A DNA stretch of 64,000 bases from Felis catus (taxonomy: Eukaryota): NCBI RefSeq assembly GCF_018350175.1, contig NC_058377.1, positions 16,554,001 through 16,618,000 on the forward strand. Direction: 5' to 3'. The position numbers and the translations under genes are program-made. The notes under the pieces are model-generated. The model was not told the DNA's origin. It saw only the letters and a list, made by a program, of their open reading frames with translations, and did no database searches. Shown here piece by piece: positions 45,501 to 58,236 of the stretch (position 1 is the first letter of the stretch; each line of letters starts with the position of its first letter).

Positions 45501-48500
45501 AGGAATTGATCGAGGATGCCATTGTCAGCACTCAGCCAGCCATGATGGTCAACCTCAGGGCTTGCTCTGCCCCTGGAGGCCTGGTAAGTAGGCACTCAAA
45601 GCAAATAGTCTGTATGCATATCGTCCCCAGGGTGCTATGTCGGGATCCTCGTTCGTTTTCCCTCCTTCTGCTCTTAGGTACCCAGTGAGAAGCCACCCAC
45701 GGTGCCCCAGGCGCAGCCAGCCATCTCCAGACCTATCCGGTTATTCCTACGGCAGCTTCGAGCATCTCACCTGGGAGGTGAATTGGAAGGTGAGAGCTAG
45801 AAGCAGCTGGGGGCCTGCCAGGGCTATGGGTGCAGGTGCCCCCTGCCCTTCTTCCACGGGTGTAGTTTCATCATTCCTCAGCGGCTTCCCATCTTTGAGC
45901 ATCTTCTCATTTCTCGTTCCTCCCAGGCACTGGGGAGCTATGCTGTGTAGCTGAGCTCGACAACCCTGCACAACAGAAGTGGACCAAGCCCACAAGTGCC
46001 GGTCCCGACATGGAGTGGACTGACGACCTGGCCCTGTAAGGAGTGACTCCTCCAACCCCACCCCTGCTCCTATGGGCAGACTGAAGATCAGACCCTTCCA
46101 GCATAGCCTTAGCACGAATCAGCTCTGCTTTCACTGAACTTTGGTGTGAGCCCCCATTGTATGCCAGACCCTGGCCTAGGTCCTGCGGATACAGACGTGA
46201 CCGAGATACACCCCCACCCCTGAGTCGATTGCAGGCTCCAGGCAGACACAGATGTATGTAAAGACGATGGTATAAAGGCTCCAGTCAAGATTTACACAGA
46301 ATGCCGTGGGCGTGCTTAGGTGTGGGGAGATTAATTCCCATGGGGAATAAAGATCAGAGTAGGCTTCGTGGAGAAGGTGGCATTTAAACCGCACCTTAGA
46401 GCAAGAAGAGGGTTTCAACAGAGTGTGAGAGAGAAGTGTTTTTGGCAGAGGAAACAGCTTGAGCAAAGGGAAGGGGATGGTTTGACATGGAGAGACAGGG
46501 AGGGCAAACGGGGCAGGATCAGGGAGGATCTGAATGCCTAGCATACTATTCACTGAGCAGAGTTCTGTCCCGTTCTCTTGGGAAGAGTATTTATTTTTAA
46601 TTATTTTAAGATTTTTAAACATTAATTTTAGTTTTTTAAATTTACATCCAAATTAGTTAGCATATATACTTTTTTTAAGATTTACTCTTTTAAAATTTTA
46701 TTTATTTAACTACTCTCTACACCCAAAGTGGGGTTCGAACTCATGACCCCGAGATCAGGAGTCACATGCTCTTCTGACTGAGCCAGCCGGGCACCCTGGG
46801 AAGACAGTAATTTGGAGGTCAGGCTCCATTGGAGTCCTTATTCCACGGGCCTGTGGCCTGTGATCAGTTCAAGGGTGGATTCAGTTTACTAATCTTCCCC
46901 TTCCCTGCCCCACCTCCTCTTGGCCACAGGGATCTGGGCCCCCAGAGTCGGGAGCTGACCCTCAAAGTGCTGAGGAACAGCAGCTCTGGAGACAGTGAGT
47001 ATGGGGCAGGAAGGAGCCCCTCTGGATGGGTGCTCAGTGGGACCCGGTCGTGGGCCCAGCTCACAGTGCTCCCCCTTTCCCCAGCTGAACTCTTGGGCCA
47101 GGTCACGCTGCCTGTGGGCTCCCCTTCCAGACCGCTGTCCCGAAGACAGGTATGCCCGCTCACCCTAGGGCCGGGGAAAGCCCTGGGACCAGCGGCCACC
47201 ATCGCAGTGGAGGTGAGAAGCTGAGCCTGGGGAGAAGACGGGAGGACACTGGGGAAGCACAGTTTTTGAGGCGCCGCCTCTTTGCTCTTCTACCCCTCGG
47301 CAGCTTCAGTATGAGGAGGGCTCTCCCCGGAACCTAGGTACACCTGCTCCCTCCACTCCACGCCCCAGCATCACTCCCACCAAGAAGATCGAGCTGGACC
47401 GGACCATCATGCCTGATGGCACCATCGTGACCACAGTCACCACCGTCCAGTCCCGGCCTCGTGTAGAAGGGAAACTAGGTAAAGAGAAGGGAGCCCCGCT
47501 TGGGCCAGGGGTCCCTGGCTGCAGACCCACGCAGGACAGGGAAGGGCAAGGGAAGACCCAATTCCAGCTCCTCCTGCTTTCCAGCCACATCTTCCTCATC
47601 ATCTTTCTCTCTCAAGCCTTCTCTTCCATCCCTCCTTTTCCCCGCTGTTCCTATCCTGCTTTAGCGCTGGGTCGGCCAGGCCCTCCTCTACAAGACTCTT
47701 GTACTTCGCTCTCTTGCCGTCCCTTCCCCCCTGGCCCCGGTTGCCTACTTGCGCCTCCTTCTACCCTCGACCTCCTAGCATCCTTGGGATCCTCCAACAA
47801 ACCCAGTGGCCTCTGTAGTACTTCTCCCACTCCCAGGGGCCCTCCAGGACATTTCTCCCAGCTCCAGAGGTCTCTTGGGGTTCCCCCCACCCCCAGGGGA
47901 CCCCTGTGCCATCTCTGTGCCCTCTGCATTTTCAAGGTGTCTCCCGATACCCTCAGTGGGTCCCATGCCATGGCCCCACACTCCCCTTGCTTCCCGTGCT
48001 GTCTTTTTGCCCCCATGGCATCTTATTAATCACCCATGTGATTAATTGTCCCTTCGTCACCCCTGCCCTCTGAGTCAGCCAAAGTGTGCATCTCAATAAA
48101 GACAGTAGGGGGTGGGGGCCACTTTAAGGCACCTCCCGGCTCACTGACCCTCCCCCACCCACCAGACTCCCCCTCCCGCTCCCCGTCCAAGGTGGAGGTG
48201 ACCGAGAAGACTACGACTGTGCTGAGTGAGAGCAGCGGCCCCAGCAGTGCCTCCCACAGCAGCAGCCGTGAGTGGGGGATCGGGAAGTATGAGTGGCGGT
48301 TGGCACTGGAGCCCCAGAGTCAGAAGCCATTTTGGGTGGGGCACAGGAGTCCAAGTCCAAGAAGGAGCCACGGAGGAGTCATGTTACCAATCCTCTGTAC
48401 CCCCAGCAGGGGAGAGCCACCTTTCCAACGGCTTGGACCCTGTAGCAGAGACAGCGATTCGCCAGCTGACGGAACCCAGCGGGCGGGCAGCCAAAAAGAC

Positions 48501-50424
48501 ACCCACCAAGCGTAGCACTCTCATCATCTCTGGCGTTTCCAAGGTAACAGGGCTCTGAGGAGAGGAGCTGGGATAGGGAGAAAGCCCTAACGGGTCAGTC
48601 CTGCCCATTAAAATGTGTCCCTCCTGCCAGGTGCCCATCGCTCAGGACGAGTTGGCACTGTCTCTGGGCTATGCGGCATCCCTGGAGGCCTCAATGCAGG
48701 ACGATGCGGGAACCAGTGGAGGTCCCTCCTCACCTCCCCCAGACCCACCGGCCATGTCTCCAGGACCCCTAGATCCCCTCTCCAGCCCCACGAGCGTCCA
48801 GGAAGCAGATGAGACAACACGTTCGGACATTTCTGAGAGGCCATCTGTGGATGATGTTGAGTCAGAAACAGGGTCTACTGGCGCCCTGGAGACCCGCAGC
48901 CTCAAGGATCACAAAGGTGGGGAAATATTGGCATGTCCTCTCCACTTCTTTTTTTTTTTTATTAAAAAAAATTGTTTATTTTTGAGAGGGAGAGAGAGGG
49001 AGCAGGAGAGGGGCAGAGAGAGAGGGAGACAGAGGATCCAAAACAGGCTCTGCCCTGACAGCAGAGAGCCCAATGTGGGGCTTGAACCCACGAACCTCGA
49101 GATCATGACCTGAGCCAAAGTTGGACGCTTAACCGGCTGAGCCACTCAGCCACCCCTTCAATTTTTTTTTTTTAATGTTTATTTATCCCCCTCCCCTTTA
49201 ATGCCCAGTATCGTGACCTGGGTCCTACTGGACACTTACGGGAATGGGATTCTCAACCCAGTTTGCCTTCTCCTTCCTCCCCTAAGGGATCGCTACATTT
49301 CCCAGCCTGTTTCAACCAAGCCAGCGTAGAGAAGGGGCACTTACTGCCTTGGGTCCTGGCCTGGATGTGACAGGCACAGGTGACTGGGAGGGATGCCAAA
49401 GGGTTTCCCTTTACCTCTGTTCTTCTTTCTTCCTGGGTCTAAGCACACCCCTTCTTCCCTCTCTTCTTTTTTTTTCTCTCCCCCCCGCCCCCGCCGACTT
49501 CCATTCTGTACGCGCTTTCCTCTGAGTATAAGGAATCCTACGCCCAGTCAAGCCTAGAAGTGTCCTTCTAGCAGTGACACAGCCCGTGGATAGTCGTGGT
49601 GCTTTTCTAACTTCTAAGGATGAGAGGCTTTGCCCCCAAACATCTTTATCCCTCTGCCAACGAGTCCGTCAACCACACACATATTTTAACTATGATGTCA
49701 GCCTGCATCACTTCTTGGGATAATGAGATTCCTAAGTCCAAAGCCTGCCGTGCAAACACTTGTCTCATTATACTGGTCCCAAATTTACCTCCTTGAAGTT
49801 TTCCAGATGCAGCTTCCTGCTCGCATCCTGGAATTTGGCCACCCACCTTATCCTTTCATGATTTTTATGGGCTTTTAGAAATGCCCTCTGCTCCGTCTTT
49901 TCTTTCCAGAGTAAAGAGGTCCATTTGTCAGTCTGTCCTTACAGGGAAGCAAGCCCCGTGACATTCCTCCTCAGCGGCAATAGTTAGACTTGCCCACAGA
50001 ATCCCATGAGCGCCACCATTTTTTCCTCAGGAAAGATAAGAGGCATTGTTTTGTCTCTACTTTCTTTCCTAAGGAAGCCTGGCTTCTAGGCGAAGGAAAG
50101 GTTCTGTTCTGTATCTTTGACCCCTCCGTGCTTGGTCCTTTCTCTGCTCCCCACCTCACCCCACGCCTGTCGTACCCCTCTGTCTGCCTCAGCCTCCCCT
50201 CTTCCCCCACAGTGAGCTTCCTGCGCAGTGGCACGAAGCTTATCTTCCGCCGGAGGCCTCGACAGAAGGAAGCTGGTCTGAGCCAATCACACGACGACCT
50301 CTCCAACACGACGGCCACCCCCAGTGTCCGAAAGAAGGCTGGCAGCTTTTCTCGCCGCCTTATCAAGCGCTTTTCCTTCAAATCCAAACCCAAGGCCAAT
50401 GGCAACCCCAGCCCCCAGCTCTGA
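42127..50424 (+). CDS. C2CD2L: C2CD2L / TMEM24, ER-plasma membrane phospholipid transfer protein (TM, SMP, C2, basic C-terminus), 706 or 707 aa
   Basis: Exons 42127-42480, 44520-44615, 44979 to about 45098 (3' part under N 45015-45146), 45265-45375, 45467-45583, 45678-45789, 45927-46035, 46930-46994, 47085-47212, 47304-47478, 48166-48267, 48410 (or 48407)-48543, 48631-48916, 50213-50424 (TGA). Sum is 2121 nt if exon 3 is 120 nt. [24 protein letters not shown]...[18 protein letters not shown]...[19 protein letters not shown]...[23 protein letters not shown]. Confidence 0.96.
46130..46560. mobile_element. L2 fragment
   Basis: tgtatgccagaccctggcctaggtcctgcggatacagacgtgacc...ggcttcgtggagaaggtggcatttaaaccg...ggcagaggaaacagcttgagcaaagg resembles L2. 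Confidence 0.6.
46633..46797 (-). mobile_element. Very short L1 3' tip (about 46633-46666) plus short CAN-SINE (about 46670-46797)
   Basis: ttttttaaatttacatccaaattagttagcatata resembles a carnivore L1 end; followed by a T-tailed tRNA-like SINE. Confidence 0.7.
48949..49156 (-). mobile_element. CAN-SINE in C2CD2L intron 13
   Basis: T-tail, GA-rich segment, head ...ctgagccactcagccacccc. Confidence 0.9.
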
Positions 50425-51277
50425 GGGCCCTCCTCACCTTTTGAGCGAGGAGAGGGCAGGAGTCCTCTCAGCCCACCCTCCACATCCTCTTCCATTCCCC
50501 TTCCTGGATTCCCAACAGTCTGGGCCAGGGAAGCCCTCTGGGTTCCAGGAAGCCCTGTCCACCCTGGGCTGTGGGGCCAGTTGGAAGGGTGCTTACACCG
50601 GGAAGCATGAGAGAGGCGGGCACCTGTTGCTGAGAACACAGAAAAGGGAGTGGGTGGCCGGGAGCAAGAGGAGGGCTCTGCCCCTGCACTTGTGGGCATT
50701 CCTCGGAACCGGTTGTGCTGTCGACATTGGCCCCTCAGAGGAGTCCCAGGGTGCTCAGCTCCTCAGCTGGTCCTTCCTCCCCTATTTATTCTCTTTTCTA
50801 TTTATATGTGTGGTCCAGGACCCTCAGTGCACAGACGAGAGAGGGCATCTCTCCCAGGTGACCCTTCTTTCCTGTCCCAGGAAGGTAGGCAATTCCCTTT
50901 GGGACAGGACTCCTTTGTCTCCCTCAGGTCCCCACTCTGACCAGCACCAGTGTCTGCCTCTGAGGACATTGGCAGCTCACAGAAAGCCGGGCCGGTGCCC
51001 GGGCTGGGGGGCAGGTACTCCCCACCTCCCTGCCTCCCCTCCCGCTCCTCGTCCCTCCCTCCCTTTATTACCGTTTTTGTACTTGATGCCTTCTCTGTGA
51101 GCAGTGGCTCTGTTGGAAGGAGGGAGCCCAGAGCTGGGTGGGAGCCTTCCCCAGAGCGATGGCTCCAGGGGCTTTACTAAAGACTGATGATGATGATGGA
51201 GCGAGAGCAGGGCTGCACCCTCCGCGTGTCGGGAGATGATGATGTCCATTGCTGTGTGATGGCTTGGAACTTAATTT

Positions 51278-51288
51278 ATTAAATTAAA
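51278..51288 (+). terminator. C2CD2L: C2CD2L poly(A) signals: two overlapping ATTAAA
   Basis: ATTAAA at 51278-51283 and 51283-51288, about 860 nt after the stop. Confidence 0.6.
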
Positions 51289-51640
51289 GTCAAATTGGAG
51301 TTTATAAACTGGACCACTGGTTATCCTTTGAAAGGTGAGTGGGCAGCGAGGCTGTGGGATGGGTGGGGTGAGAGGGTCAGAGACAGGGGCCCAGACGGTG
51401 AGGTGGAGTAGGCGACCCACGTGTTGGGGCTGCTAAGAAGTTCCCGTGGGGAAGAAGGGACCTAGAGAGGATGAGGGAAGGATGAGGGACCTAGAGAGGA
51501 TGAGGGAACAGGCCTTTGAGGGATGATATTGTAGCAAAAGAAGGCCATCAGAGAAGGAAAAAATCAATTAGGACAGGCATCTTCACTCCCCTTTCTTGAA
51601 TAGGCTGTTGCTTCCCTGATAGAACAGAATCCTAGGCAGG

Positions 51641-51850
51641 GACTCTGGCTCTAGACTGCCTAGATTTGAATCTCAGCTGCTGTGATTACCTGCGTGACCC
51701 TGGGCAAGTTACGTTACCTCAGAATGCCTCAGTTTTTTCATCTGTGAAATGGGAACCGTGATAGTAGCTATGGCTTGGTTGTGGCCGAGAAGCAAATGCG
51801 TCGAGCGCTCACAGTTTTGCTGGCATATGGTCGGTGCTGAATAAGTGTAA
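51641..51850 (+). mobile_element. MIR
   Basis: agactgcctagatttgaatctcagc...gtgaccctgggcaagtta...cctcagttttttcatctgtgaaatggg. Confidence 0.7.
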
Positions 51851-54199
51851 CTGTTGCCTCAGAAGAGACAGATTGGGAGGGGGAAGTCTTATAAGGGTTT
51901 CATCACAATGAAAAGTCTTTCATTCCTAAGTTTGGGCAAGGTTCAGGGAGCTAGGGATACTAGCAAAATCTACACCCCCGGTCCCTGTTCTCTGGGACCT
52001 TCCACAGGACTTGAACTGGGTAAGCTGCTACAGGGTGTCAGACAGAGCCCTGGACCAGGGACAGAAAGCCTGAGTGTGCCACAGACACACCAAGTGACCT
52101 TGGGACAGACCACTTCTCCTTTCTGGAACTCCACTTCCTCATCTCTAAAATGAGGAGTGGCCTAGATAACCATTCAGGTCACCTCCAGCCTCACCATTCT
52201 GACCTACATCACTGGGGGGTTAGGGCACATGCCTTTGGGTAGGCAGCACGGGACTGGCAATATTCCCCACGTTCCTGTCCATACTAGTCACAGAATGTGG
52301 GATATTTAGAAAGAGTGGTAGAGTATGGATATTTAGCTAATTTGTATACACTGATACGCTCAACTCTAGGTCATGAGAACTCAAAGAGATTTATCTAGCT
52401 ATTTCGCCTGATCTAAAAAGTGCAACTCTTAGTGGTCCACACACAGGAGCGGCTTGCTTACCAGGATGCCAAGGTAGCCAGACACACTGATCTCGAATTT
52501 CTACAAGAAATTTTTGTCACTGGGCGGGGGGGGGGGGGGGGAGGGCAAGCGTTCAAATTCCCACTGCACCTGCGGATTGAGTGGATGCTAACTGGAAGCT
52601 GTACTCAGCTTCTAGTGTTGAGCTGCCCGGAGCTCAATGGAATCATCCATTTTATGGTAAAGAACCTGATCACATTTCAAAGATACAGGTGTTTTTACAT
52701 GAACACAAAAGAAATACAAAACATCACTTGATAACTTTATTCATTTTATACTTTCGGAAGAGAGCCACAGCTCTGGAGGAGTATGAATTATGCTTTAAGT
52801 TTTTGTGGCGGCTCTTAAAGACCAAATCTGAGGATGTGTCTGAATTATCCGGCCAAAATTGTAGCTTGTTTTCAAGAGAAGCAGATTGAGATGGAAGTAA
52901 ACTATGCTAGACAGCAAGACTCAGTCTCAAATTTTGAAGACATATGTGTGGATTCCAGAGCTATCCTGAAATTTTTGTTCTGTAAAAATTGTTTGGAGTC
53001 TACATAGTTCTGTGAATGAACTTTTTCTTCATGCAATTGCTAAATTGAAGCCATGAACCATCTTCAGTGGTGTAAATTTGAATTAAAGTAAGGTTGGCAT
53101 TTTGTGAAGTATTACTCTATGCGCTTTTGAAGGAATGAAGTTGATAAAATATATTTTTGTTACTTCTGGATTGTATTTTAAAAGTCCTATTTTAAAATAG
53201 GGACAATAATATAATTCGCTGTTGTTAGTAACAAACTTCACGCACAAATTTCAGATTTTACTATGATGCTTATTTTTAATAGTATCTTCTATTGAACATT
53301 TAACGTGTTTCCTGATGATATGAATTATATAGGCTTATTTTTAGGTTAGGAAATACAGAAAAATGTAACAAAATAAATATCAACCCCAATGAACTTTACT
53401 AAGGTACATTATTTAACAAATATGGCTTGAGCCCTTAATGTTTCAGCCACTAGACTAAGTGATGGAGTATGAAGGTGAAGAACACATACAATCCCTGCCC
53501 TCCCTTACTGGAATTCTTGGGAAAAGAAGCATATTCACTGAGACCAGAAGAATGAGTAGGCGTTAGTCAAATACAAGCCAGACTGGGGAGAAGGGAAAGA
53601 CGGTACCAGGCAGAGGAAACAAGTACAAAGCAGAAAAAGTAAAAGGCAGCTAGGTGTGGTAGAGAAACCGAAAGTAACTCGGGGCGGGAGAACAGAAATA
53701 GAGGACTAGGACTCAAGACACCATGGAAGTACACAGGACTCAGATGCTGAAGGTTCTAGAAAGCCTCACTATAGTTTGGGCGGGGGGGGGGGGGGGGGGG
53801 ACGGGGCGGCGGTGTGTGCCCCGAGGCCACAGAATGCCTTTTAGCGTTTGAAGCAGGGTGGTGGTTTGATTAGGTCTCCGTGGGGAATGGCTTAGAGGAA
53901 AACAAGAGTGCACGCAATGGAACCAGTTAGTGTAGACATCCGGGCTCGACGTCGTTAATAGACTAGACAGGGAGCGGAGAAGGACCGGGAGGAGGGGCAG
54001 AGGGGGCTGAATTCGAGAGCTCCGGCGTGTGTTTAAGGACGTAGAATTCAACTTGGAGGAGGGTCGGACGTGATGCACGAGAGAGGAATCAGGGATGACT
54101 ACCGGGTTTCTGACTTGGAGTGGGTGGATAACATGGTTGCTTACCGAGCCAGGGAACAGGAGAGGTGGGGGGCGGGGGGAGAAAAGACGGCTCAGGAAT

Positions 54200-55100
54200 G
54201 CCGATATTTAAGAAATCGGAGTAAGAGAACGAAGGATAGAGGTAGGACCCTAATTTTGGCCGGGCGGGGCTTACAGCCGCGCGCACCCAGCCTCACGCGC
54301 CGCCACCGCCGCCTCCTCCTACTCCCCCTCCCTGTGCTCGCGGGCAGCTTAACACAGTAACCCACGCGACGAAGGAGATGCCACTCGGGGCGCAGCTGGA
54401 GCCCCGCGCAGGCCCAGTGGGTGCCGAGCGCGGAGCCTGCGCAGTTGGGGGAAGTCGGGGCCTCGGGATCCTCGCCCGCACCTCGCCTGGAACCCAGCGG
54501 CTGCAGCAAAGCTGCCGTCTCCGAAGCCCGCCGCTCCTTGCTCCCGCCCCTTCCGTATTTTGGTCGCGCACGGGTTCCGTCAGTCGTAGCGGCCATTGGC
54601 TGCTAGAGGTATCCGAGAGCGATGATTGGCTCTCGGTGGCCGTCGCTCAAGCGCCCTTCCGGAGATGGTCGGAGGTGGGAAGAGCTGGAGAGACCCGGGA
54701 GCGGAGGGACGGTAAATTGGCTTCCGGCTTGCCTGGGCGACTTTGGGGACGCTCTGAGTAGCCTGCTCAAGCCAGGCTCTTCCCTAGTCACCTTGGCGAG
54801 GCTTCGTCTTGTAGCTCGGCCACGCCGGTCGGCCTGGCGCCTGCAGCGCCCCTGGCCCTTAGTCCCTAACCCCAACTCGAACCTCCCTGCTTTCTCGTGT
54901 GGGGCTTGGCTGCTGCTGAGACGTGGTCACCGCCATGCCTTAATGCGGGAAGCACTACGAGAAACCTGCGGGGCTGCCAGGAGGGTCTCCTTTCTTCTCT
55001 TCGAACTCTCCCGGTGTTTCAGGGGCCCGATCCCGGCCGCTCAGGACAAGTCTTCCCCGCTTCGCCTGTGCACTGGGATTTCTTTCTGTCCTGACCTCCC
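54200..55100 (+). promoter_or_regulatory. HINFP: HINFP CpG-island promoter and non-coding exon 1 (candidate donor 54711/54712)
   Basis: CpG-rich, GC box, ETS-like ttcc motifs, two ATTGG boxes; donor ACG|GTAAAT. Confidence 0.7.
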
Positions 55101-55879
55101 TCATCGGGTGCTTTGTTTTGGCAGTTGTCTTCACACGTCAGAGTCATCTCTTCGGCCAGATTGTGAGTCCTTAGGAGGTTCAGGACATCAGTCCTTTCTT
55201 TTCTTGACTATCGTTCAGGGTTAATTTGATGCCTTGCGTTAAAATATATACTCAAGTATTTGCTGGTTGTTTCTTACTGTGACCCCTGATGAAAAGAAGT
55301 GTTGGGAATCCGTCGGGTTGTCCTTTTGTTGACCTTTTTGTAGAATTCTGCTTAGATCATCTCACCGTCAGAAGCAAGGATACAAATAGCTGACGCTTGT
55401 TGAGTTCTAGGGGTGTGTTGTGCTAAGCATTTTAATCTACATTATCTAGTTTAGTCCATAAATCAATCCAGTGAGACAAGTTTAATGATTCCTCTGCTGT
55501 ATGGGAAACTGAGGCTTAAGTAACTTGCCTAGGGCCCCACAGCTAGTAAATGTTGGAGCTTTCTAACCAGTTTTGTTGACTCTAACATCAGCTGTGGTAT
55601 TAGTATCCTGTTTTACATTTAGAGAAACAGGTTCAGAGAAGCTAGGTGATTTATCCAAAATAAAATAATAAGTCATAGATTCACGTAAACATTAAAAGAG
55701 CTTGTATTAGGATGTACTGGCCCTGAAGTTAGAACTGAACAAGGCACAGGCCAGGCTTTCTAGGAGCTCACAGTTTATTGGAGGAAACTGACAAAATAGC
55801 TACTTAATGAAACATGTTTGGGGTATTGTGTATACAGATATGAGGTCTGTGGAGAGGAAGGAATCAGACAAGGAGTGAT

Positions 55880-56120
55880 AAGATGGCAGATGTAGAAAGA
55901 AAATGGAACCAAATTCCCTGGCTTTGAATTCTGTCTCCATCACTTCCTAGCTTGTGGCTTTGGGTAAATTATTTAACCTATCAGGGCCCATTTCCTCATT
56001 TGTGAAGTGGGATAATAGTGGTACTTCCCTCAATAGGTAGGTGGTTGTATTAGTGAGTTTTTATATACATAAGATTCTTAGAACAGTGCTTTGTCTACAG
56101 TAGGTACTTAATGTTACATT
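55880..56120 (+). mobile_element. MIR
   Basis: ctttgggtaaattatttaacctatcagggccccatttcctcatttgtgaagtgggataatagtggtac...cttagaacagtgc. Confidence 0.6.
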
Positions 56121-56338
56121 ATTCTAGGCAGAGTAAAATCATTGAGACGGGGAACTTGAGCCCAGGTTTTCTGACAACTTGTCCATTGCCCTTGCCAGTA
56201 TACAAGTTGCCTCACTTTGCTCACAGAAAGAGGAGTGGTGACTAGATTGTCACTGTGCCACTGTTCCCCAGGCTAGAAACAAGTAGGACACAGGCAAAGA
56301 AAGTAAAGGAAGCTGGGGGACGACAAAAGAGGAATTCA

Positions 56339-56546
56339 GGGGGGCGCCTCGGTGGCTCAGTCAGTTAAGTGTTTGACTTTGGCTCAGGTCATGATCTCAC
56401 GGGTTTGTGAGTTTGAGCCCCACGTCGGGCTCTGTGCTGACAGCTCAGAGCCTGGAGCCTGCTTCTGATTCTGTGTCTCCCTCTCTCTCTGCCCCTTTCC
56501 CACTCGCTCTCTCTCTCAAAAATAAATTAAAAAAAAAAAAAAAAAA
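56339..56546 (+). mobile_element. CAN-SINE
   Basis: Full length; TSD aaaagagg(a/g)attc. Confidence 0.93.
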
Positions 56547-56839
56547 GAGGGATTCGGGGAGCTTTGCCTAAGGTTCAGGTCATTCTCGATATCTAGATAA
56601 CCCATCTCCTGGGTCTTGCCCACCAGTCAACAACAGATGGGTGTGATGCGGTTTCTGCCCAGAAGCAGCTAAGATTGTCCCATTGGGTAAATGAGAATAG
56701 AACACATCAAAGGACCATGAGTGACCATGGGCAGCATACAAATAGGGTCGAGATTTTCTGGCATTATCTATGCCAGACATAGAACCAAGAAGCAAGCATA
56801 ACCTGAGGGGTGGGTAGTTTTGGAAGGCTTCCTGGAATG

Positions 56840-57290
56840 TGATCAGATGCTGACGTTTATTGAGTGTCTGGGGAGCACAGAGCTCTGTGCTAATGTTGGG
56901 AATAGGCAATGAAGGGGTGATGGTCCCTGCCCTGAGAAGCTCCTAGTCTGGGGGAGACAGACCTTCCATTCCACTGTAGCAACACCATAATGAAGGTGTG
57001 CACAGTGCTGTGGGGACAGCAGGTAGATATTCCAGCTGCACCTGGATGAATTGGGAAAGAACTCATCAAGGAGGGGACATTGGGCTTGAAGGGTAGGTAG
57101 AAGTTTCTCAGGCAGAGAGCTTGAGGAGAACGTGATGTGTTTAAGATAAAGTTCATTGAATCAGAGAGGAAGAGGAACGAATGAACGGGAGAGGAAGCCA
57201 GAGCAGCAGCATGGTGTAGAGGAGGAGGCTGTGATCTTTGGGTTAGAGTCTGGGCGCTCTCACTTTGAAATGAACTTTGGAAGAGAAGTT
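56840..57290. mobile_element. L2 fragment
   Basis: acgtttattgagtgtc...tggtccctgccctgagaagctcctagtctggggg...ttgggcttgaagggtaggtagaagtt. Confidence 0.6.
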
Positions 57291-58236
57291 TCCACAGGGC
57301 TGACTCATGGTAGGCCCTCAATAGGGGTTAGTTTCTTTACCCAGTTCCTGGAGAAGTAAGTTGAGGCCAGTTGAAGAGCTTTGCATGCGGTACTAGGTGG
57401 ACTTGAATCCCGTAGGCAGAGAGTTAGAGGAGGTTTGGGATGTTGTGTCTGCCTTAGGAAGGTGTTCCCTACTTTTCCTACCCCAATGTTATAAAAATGG
57501 TGAACATTTTATCCTGATAAGGTTCACTGTTAGTCTCGAGCAGCCCAGCAGCCCCATGGACATCCCAGAGTGTCCGAGGTGACTGGCTTCTCGGAGGAGG
57601 GGCAAAAGCCTTGGATTAAAAAGGGGTTTCTCTGATAAGCAGTTAGGTATAAGAGGTTCTTGAACTTGTAGTCATGAGGGATTTCACGTGTTTTGTTTTT
57701 TCTGTGTTTTTTTTTTTTTTCTTCTCCATGTGTAGTAAGTAAAGGCCTTTCCCAGAGTTCCCAGCTCTATCAGGTAGACCAGTGCCTCGCTCCCTTCTAG
57801 GGCAGCGACAATCAGTTAACATCCGCCCAGAGGTGACACACCAGGCAGAGTCAAGGCCTCTTAGTGTCCTCTCTTGTCCCTGGACTTTTGCTTTCACTGT
57901 TGTCCTCTGTCATTCTGTTTCCTTTTAATGAGGGAAACTATTCTTTTATTGTTCCACAAACTGTGCTTCTGGAACTGCCTGCATCAGAACTGGGGTGCCG
58001 AGGTAAAAGGGCAGATTTCTAAGCTTAACCCCAGCCTACCTGAATCCGAATCTCTGGCAGGGTGGCTAGAGAACCCTGCAATTGAATTCATATTAGAGGT
58101 GGAGAACCTGCAGGTTCGTATTCAGCTTTCTTCAACAGGCATTTATTACAGGCCTAAGCATGACTAGCACTGTAAATACCCAAGGTATGATATCAGCTAG
58201 ACAGATAAGGCCTCTCTTGTTCAAATGGAATCTGTA

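Noticed and set aside
49971-51100. 242-aa (-) and 258-aa (+) ORFs over the last C2CD2L exon and 3'UTR
   Set aside because: Alternative-frame or antisense openness in GC-rich sequence; no recognisable product.
54378-55224. ORFs up to 200 aa in the HINFP CpG island
   Set aside because: They cross the exon 1 donor into intron 1; low-complexity translation; the HINFP CDS starts at 60048.
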